A stretch of 64,000 nt of DNA from Candidatus Atribacteria bacterium UBA6794. Lineage in GTDB: Bacteria; Atribacterota; Phoenicimicrobiia; Phoenicimicrobiales; Stramentimicrobiaceae. Location: the NCBI GenBank assembly GCA_002452835.1, contig DKFO01000072.1, positions 9,902 to 73,901 of the forward strand. Reading direction: 5' to 3'. Position numbers and translations under genes: made by a program. The notes under the pieces are model-generated. The model had not been told where the DNA came from. It was given only the letters and a program-made list of their open reading frames with translations, and did not search any database. Within the stretch, counting starts at the first letter, position 1. Every line of letters begins with the position of its first letter. Below are positions 59,906 through 64,000 of the stretch, in pieces.

Positions 59906-59934
59906 ATAATAATAGTTATCTCAAAAGCTGTCAA
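59906..59934 (-). promoter_or_regulatory. Sigma70-type promoter
   Basis: Minus strand TTGACA-17 bp-TATTAT. Confidence 0.65.
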
Positions 59935-60008
59935 CCCAAATAAGAAAAGATAATTTTATTCTTCAGAGTTGTGAAAAGATGGATTTCCATTTAAGATTAA
60001 GATTGCCC

Positions 60009-60212
60009 CAAGATATTCAGGGGAGGTATCCCCTGAAACCCCTCAATTATTAGTATTGAGTATCTAGTATTCAGTATATAGTTTAAATGTTAGTTAAAAA
60101 ATAAAGAAAATTCCTTTACCAAGAAAATCTGTCTTGTTTTGTAAACAAGATATGCAAGGGGGGAAATTTCCCTCTTAAGAGGGGTATCCCGAAGGGACGG
60201 GGCGTTCCCCTT
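60009..60212. repeat. Dispersed ~200-bp intergenic element, copy C
   Basis: Aligns with 22460-22657 and 14732-14820. Confidence 0.92.
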
Positions 60213-60320
60213 GAAATTTCCTTTATTCCCAGTTCAATCTTATTATTCTCACTAAGTAAAAAGAGTACATTACCCTTCCATATTTTGTCTTGTTAAATTT
60301 TTTATAACAAATCAATCCCT

Positions 60321-60365
60321 TATTTTAAGGTATCGAAATTATTGAAATTCCGATACCTTAAAATA
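60321..60365. terminator. 15-bp perfect inverted repeat after the Ldh_2 gene (terminator and/or repeat family member)
   Basis: TATTTTAAGGTATCG / CGATACCTTAAAATA. Confidence 0.7.
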
Positions 60366-60420
60366 GCCTTAAGGATGGAAATAAAAACGATCATAGGACA
60401 AAATAATATTTTCTAAAAAA

Positions 60421-61548
60421 TCAGGAAAAGGGGAATTGATATTGCTTAAGACCCAGTTCCTGCTGAATAGTTAATAGTTGCTTCTGCAGGTTTTTATTGA
60501 TGGGGGTACCTTTATCCTTTCTCTTAAGCCAGGCTAAGTACTCTTTTTCACCTGCCGTATAGATTCTTTCTGCACCAGGAGCTTTCTTAGAAGCGCGCAG
60601 AGTCCTTAGAATATCGCCAGTGGTTTTTTTAAATGAGGTTAAGTCAATAAAGGAGGAAATATTAATAGCCATAAAAAAATGTCCTAAATTAATGGGAACT
60701 TCTCTGCCATTCTCTAGACCAGAGAGCATCTTTAAAAATTTACTACCTGTTAAGGCTGCTGATAGTATCTCTACTACAGTAGCATATCCATATCCTTTAT
60801 AGCCAGCAGTTTCTTCCCCTATTCCTCCCAGGGGAACCAGGGCTGCCCTCCCCTTTTGAAAATCCTCCAGTATTTGATGAGGATTAGTTTTTGTCTTTCC
60901 ATCAATACCAATAACCCATCCTGCCGGTACTTCCTGCTCTGCCCTTTCATATAACTCAATTTTCCCCCTCTGTACTATAGAAGTAGCACAATCCAGACAA
61001 AAGGGGAATTGTTCATCAGTAGGCAGAGCAAAGGTCAGAGGATTGGTACCCAACATATTTTCTACTCCAAAGGTCGGGGCAATAGCAGGTCTGGCATTGG
61101 TACCAGTAAGACCAATCATCCCTGCCTCTGCTGCCATTAAGGCATAATAGCCAGCAATGCCATAGTGGGTAGAATTTTTGGCTACTACCATTCCCATGCC
61201 ATATTCTTTTGCTTTATCAATAGCTATCTGCATTGCTTTTTTAGCTATAACCATCCCCATACCATTATGACCGTCTACTACGGCGGTAGTGGGACCTTCT
61301 TTGGTAATCTCAAATTGAGTTTTGGGGGATTGAATGCCATTTTTTAGTCGATCATAGTAGATAGTTTTCAAACGACCAATCCCATGTGAATCAATGCCAC
61401 GTTTATCAGCAGTTATCAAAACATCAGCACATATTCGGGCCTCTTCTTCTGGTACTCCAACACCTCGAAAAGTATCAACCATAAAATTTTCTAAAGTATC
61501 AAAATCCACCCATACTACCTTTTCCTCCACAGTTGCTTCCTCCCTCAT
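60421..61548 (-). CDS. Ldh_2 family oxidoreductase (malate dehydrogenase-like)
   Basis: ADKRGIDSHG, DGHNGMG, STHYGIAGYY, GTNP, GYKGYG; ATG at 61548 follows GGAG. Confidence 0.92.
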   Translation of the reverse strand: MREEATVEEKVVWVDFDTLENFMVDTFRGVGVPEEEARICADVLITADKRGIDSHGIGRLKTIYYDRLKNGIQSPKTQFEITKEGPTTAVVDGHNGMGMVIAKKAMQIAIDKAKEYGMGMVVAKNSTHYGIAGYYALMAAEAGMIGLTGTNARPAIAPTFGVENMLGTNPLTFALPTDEQFPFCLDCATSIVQRGKIELYERAEQEVPAGWVIGIDGKTKTNPHQILEDFQKGRAALVPLGGIGEETAGYKGYGYATVVEILSAALTGSKFLKMLSGLENGREVPINLGHFFMAINISSFIDLTSFKKTTGDILRTLRASKKAPGAERIYTAGEKEYLAWLKRKDKGTPINKNLQKQLLTIQQELGLKQYQFPFS

Positions 61549-61732
61549 TTTTATCTTTCTCCATTTAATTATAAATTTTAATAACTTTTTTACTATAACA
61601 AAAGTAAAAGGATATATCAATATAGTCGACGAAGCAATCTCCTCTATTTATACCCGAGACAATTAACTCCAAAAAGATTAATAAATTAACAGATAATAAT
61701 TCTCTTAACCTTTTTCTTTTTTTGCTCCTGAT

Positions 61733-61774
61733 GAAAAAACCCCACCAGTATTTTATATTTTATACTGGTGGGGT
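61733..61774 (-). terminator. Intrinsic terminator of the AOR operon
   Basis: ACCCCACCAGTAT / ATACTGGTGGGGT stem with a U-tract on the minus strand. Confidence 0.85.
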
Positions 61775-61837
61775 GTTGTCAATCAAACGAAGAATCGTCC
61801 CCTATTCTAACGTCCCCTGTTCTATTTGTTCTTCTGA

Positions 61838-62116
61838 CTATCCACCACCTGAGGGAGGGAATATAATCAGTTCATCACCGTCTTCCAATTTAGTAAGAAG
61901 ACCATCTAAAAACCTAATATTCCTTCCATTCTTTAAGATAAGGATAGCAGGTTTAATTTCCCCCGATTGGCTATCTATTATAGCCTCTACTCCCTCAGAC
62001 GGTAAATATAAAGGGGAGAGAAGCTCCTTTAAGAGAGCACCCTCTTTTAGCTCTACCTCTCTCTCTTTCCCCAGGACCTCCCTTAAGGTAGCAAAGGCCT
62101 TCACTTTTATCCTCAT
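61838..62116 (-). CDS. MoaD/ThiS family sulfur carrier (ubiquitin-like)
   Basis: FATLRE, NGRNI, GDELIIFPPSGGG C-terminal di-Gly. Confidence 0.92.
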   Translation of the reverse strand: MRIKVKAFATLREVLGKEREVELKEGALLKELLSPLYLPSEGVEAIIDSQSGEIKPAILILKNGRNIRFLDGLLTKLEDGDELIIFPPSGGG

Positions 62117-62144
62117 TGATAATTATTTCCTTCCTATTTTCCTT

Positions 62145-63377
62145 TTAGAAGATAATATTTCTTACAGAGGGATGAATTACTGGATAAGTCATAGCCCCTT
62201 TTAGCAGTAAGTTTATTTTCCCGTTTACTGCTATTTGGTTTTTTAGCATAAAAAGGTAGACCCCCGGGTTATCTACTGCTCCTATAAATACAAAACCTAC
62301 CAGCCTGTTATCACGAACCAAGATTTTTCGGTATTCTCCGGCAAAATATTCCTTATAAACTTCAAACTTATCCTCGGTACTGATACCACCAGTAAAAATA
62401 TTTTGCCCAAATATAGTAAGTATATTTCTTGCTATTTCTTCCGGATAATCCAGCCTTCTTCCACCAGCCATATTTTCACCAGCAATTTTCCCTTGTTCTA
62501 TGGCTACTGGCCATAAGGCATGCATCCTCATATCATTATATACCAAATCCATACTTTCGGTAACATCGCCAGCGGCATAAACATATTCCACTGAAGTCTG
62601 CAAGTACTCATTAACTTCTACCCCTCGACCTATTTTTATTCCCGTATCTTTTAGAAAATCAACAGCAGGCTGCACCCCTTTACCCAAGACTATACAACTG
62701 CCTTTCAGAATTTTTCCGGATTCAAGAATCGCATAAGTTATGCCCTCTTTTTCTTCAACTTTTTTTATATTCTCACCAGTCAGTAATTCTATCCCTTTTT
62801 CTTTAGCACAACTTTCTATCACACTTGACCCTTCTTCGTCCAAAATTTGAGATAAAATTCTATTGGAACTCACTATAAAAACAGAAGGGATTCCTATCTT
62901 CCAAAGGGCATCAGCTATCTCACAATTAACCAGACCAGCCCCTGCTAATAAAACTTTCTTCTCTTTAGCATTTTTGATTCTTTCTTTAAGTCTGAATATA
63001 TCTTCCAAATTTCTTATAGTAAGGATAAGAGGTGAGCCTTTCTTTTCTACCTTAGGAATATAAGGACGAGCACCAGTAGCAATAAGTAGCCTATCATAGG
63101 AAAATTCCTCTCCGCTCTCTACCTCTACTGCCCTCCGGCCTTCTTTTAAAGCAACTACTTTTTTATTTAATAATAATTCTACTCCTTCGGGTATCCTTAA
63201 ATATAAATATTCCTCCTGGCTACATTCCCCGGATAAAAGGTAAGGGAGAGACATTTTACTGTAAGGTGGAGATTTTTCCTCCGATAAGACCATTATTTCT
63301 CCCTCTCCATCCAGTTCTCTTATTCTCTGTGCGGCGGATAAACCCGCCGCACTTGCTCCAATAACCAGATATTTCAT
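62145..63377 (-). CDS. NAD(P)/FAD-dependent oxidoreductase (AOR-associated)
   Basis: IGASAAG, LIATGA, GAGLV, TSVEYVYAAGD. Confidence 0.9.
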   Translation of the reverse strand: MKYLVIGASAAGLSAAQRIRELDGEGEIMVLSEEKSPPYSKMSLPYLLSGECSQEEYLYLRIPEGVELLLNKKVVALKEGRRAVEVESGEEFSYDRLLIATGARPYIPKVEKKGSPLILTIRNLEDIFRLKERIKNAKEKKVLLAGAGLVNCEIADALWKIGIPSVFIVSSNRILSQILDEEGSSVIESCAKEKGIELLTGENIKKVEEKEGITYAILESGKILKGSCIVLGKGVQPAVDFLKDTGIKIGRGVEVNEYLQTSVEYVYAAGDVTESMDLVYNDMRMHALWPVAIEQGKIAGENMAGGRRLDYPEEIARNILTIFGQNIFTGGISTEDKFEVYKEYFAGEYRKILVRDNRLVGFVFIGAVDNPGVYLFMLKNQIAVNGKINLLLKGAMTYPVIHPSVRNIIF

Positions 63378-63378
63378 C

Positions 63379-63999
63379 TTAATCCACCATAAGCTCTAAT
63401 TCTTTTAGTTTTCCCTCGCCAGGAACACCATCATTATCCCAGCCTCTTACCTTATAATAATCAGCAAGCATCTTATCTAATTCCTCTATCTCCCCTTTAG
63501 AAGGACCACTCTTGATAGGCTCTTTCAAAATCCTGGGAGGGAGGGTGTCATCTTTTCTGCTAAATCCAGCCTTAAGATTAAATAACCTTTCCAGATTCCA
63601 GATTCTCTCTCCAATTTGCATAAATTCCTTTTCCCCCACTTGAAATCCCGTGGCTGTAGAGAGGAGCAAAGCAATATCTCCACCACCCAGGCCAAAAGTG
63701 GTAAAGAGGCAGATACCAGTAGAATCTAAGGCCGCAGTCAAATCCTGAAAAGTCTTTACTAATTCAGCCTTACCTTCATATTTTAAACGATCTACTGCCC
63801 CCGATAATACCTCGGCAGCAATAGTATATCCCCTAACATGACAGGCTCCTCGATTACTGGTAGCAAATTGTAAACCAATCCCTTTTACCCCTCTCGGATC
63901 ATAGGCAGGGAATTCTTGTTTTTTCACACTCATAGAAAGCTCGGGATGTTTATAATACTCGGCTAATCTATAGGAACCCTGGGCTAAAAGTTTACCTAA
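63379..63999 (-). CDS. Aldehyde:ferredoxin oxidoreductase, C-terminal part (gene runs off the window)
   Basis: Frame open to the window edge; KKQEFPAYDPRG, TSNRGACH, DSTGIC, GERIWNLERLFN, DDTLPPR, YYKVRGWD. Confidence 0.93.
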   Translation of the reverse strand, partial: LGKLLAQGSYRLAEYYKHPELSMSVKKQEFPAYDPRGVKGIGLQFATSNRGACHVRGYTIAAEVLSGAVDRLKYEGKAELVKTFQDLTAALDSTGICLFTTFGLGGGDIALLLSTATGFQVGEKEFMQIGERIWNLERLFNLKAGFSRKDDTLPPRILKEPIKSGPSKGEIEELDKMLADYYKVRGWDNDGVPGEGKLKELELMVD

Positions 64000-64000
64000 T

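Noticed and set aside
59737..59934. 65-aa ORF on the minus strand
   Set aside because: Its TTG start is the -35 box of the promoter for 59196-59849, and it overlaps that gene out of frame
61722..62204. 160-aa plus-strand ORF
   Set aside because: Antisense to moaD and spans a terminator; no recognisable motifs
2902..63063. Many 60-136 aa ORFs antisense or out-of-frame within annotated genes (e.g. 6371, 11345, 42339, 49717, 53960)
   Set aside because: Shadow ORFs of well-supported genes with no independent RBS or domain evidence
1..64000. tRNA/rRNA genes, selenocysteine or stop-codon recoding
   Set aside because: None recognised; conserved genes are full length under the standard bacterial code

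Overview
AT-rich bacterial chromosomal window, almost all genes on the minus strand, from an anaerobe (class II RNR, aldehyde:ferredoxin oxidoreductase). Gene style suggests Atribacterota, but this is a weak inference. From left to right: a small defence-like island (two-gene Type I R-M with fused HsdM-HsdS plus two unknown ORFs); a TetR/radical-SAM pair; mnmG and folD; cell-wall enzymes (7xLysM-M23, TPR-SLT); a YerC/HisR-led amino-acid ABC plus HisC-like operon; glnS; an 11-gene shikimate/Phe/Tyr operon; a GntR-led TRAP catabolic cluster with an IolN-like hydrolase; a deleted RAYT-type transposase; a MazF-type TA pair; nrdJ; NatAB-like ABC; and the end of an AOR operon. The most notable signals are not in the ORF track. 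(1) A 30-aa Tyr/Phe-rich leader peptide (MLRKQSQEINISFNLYYYFYFIGDVYALVS) with five mutually exclusive pairing segments and a terminator lies ahead of the aro operon, consistent with a ribosome-stalling attenuator. (2) A second DAHP synthase directly behind chorismate mutase has lost its metal Cys and KPR catalytic motif but kept its regulatory N-domain, making it a candidate pseudoenzyme regulator. (3) Several families of miniature palindromic repeats are dispersed, one apparently oriented with transcription, and pile up in a 640-bp mosaic inside an ~860-nt operon leader. No rRNA, tRNA or CRISPR array was seen.
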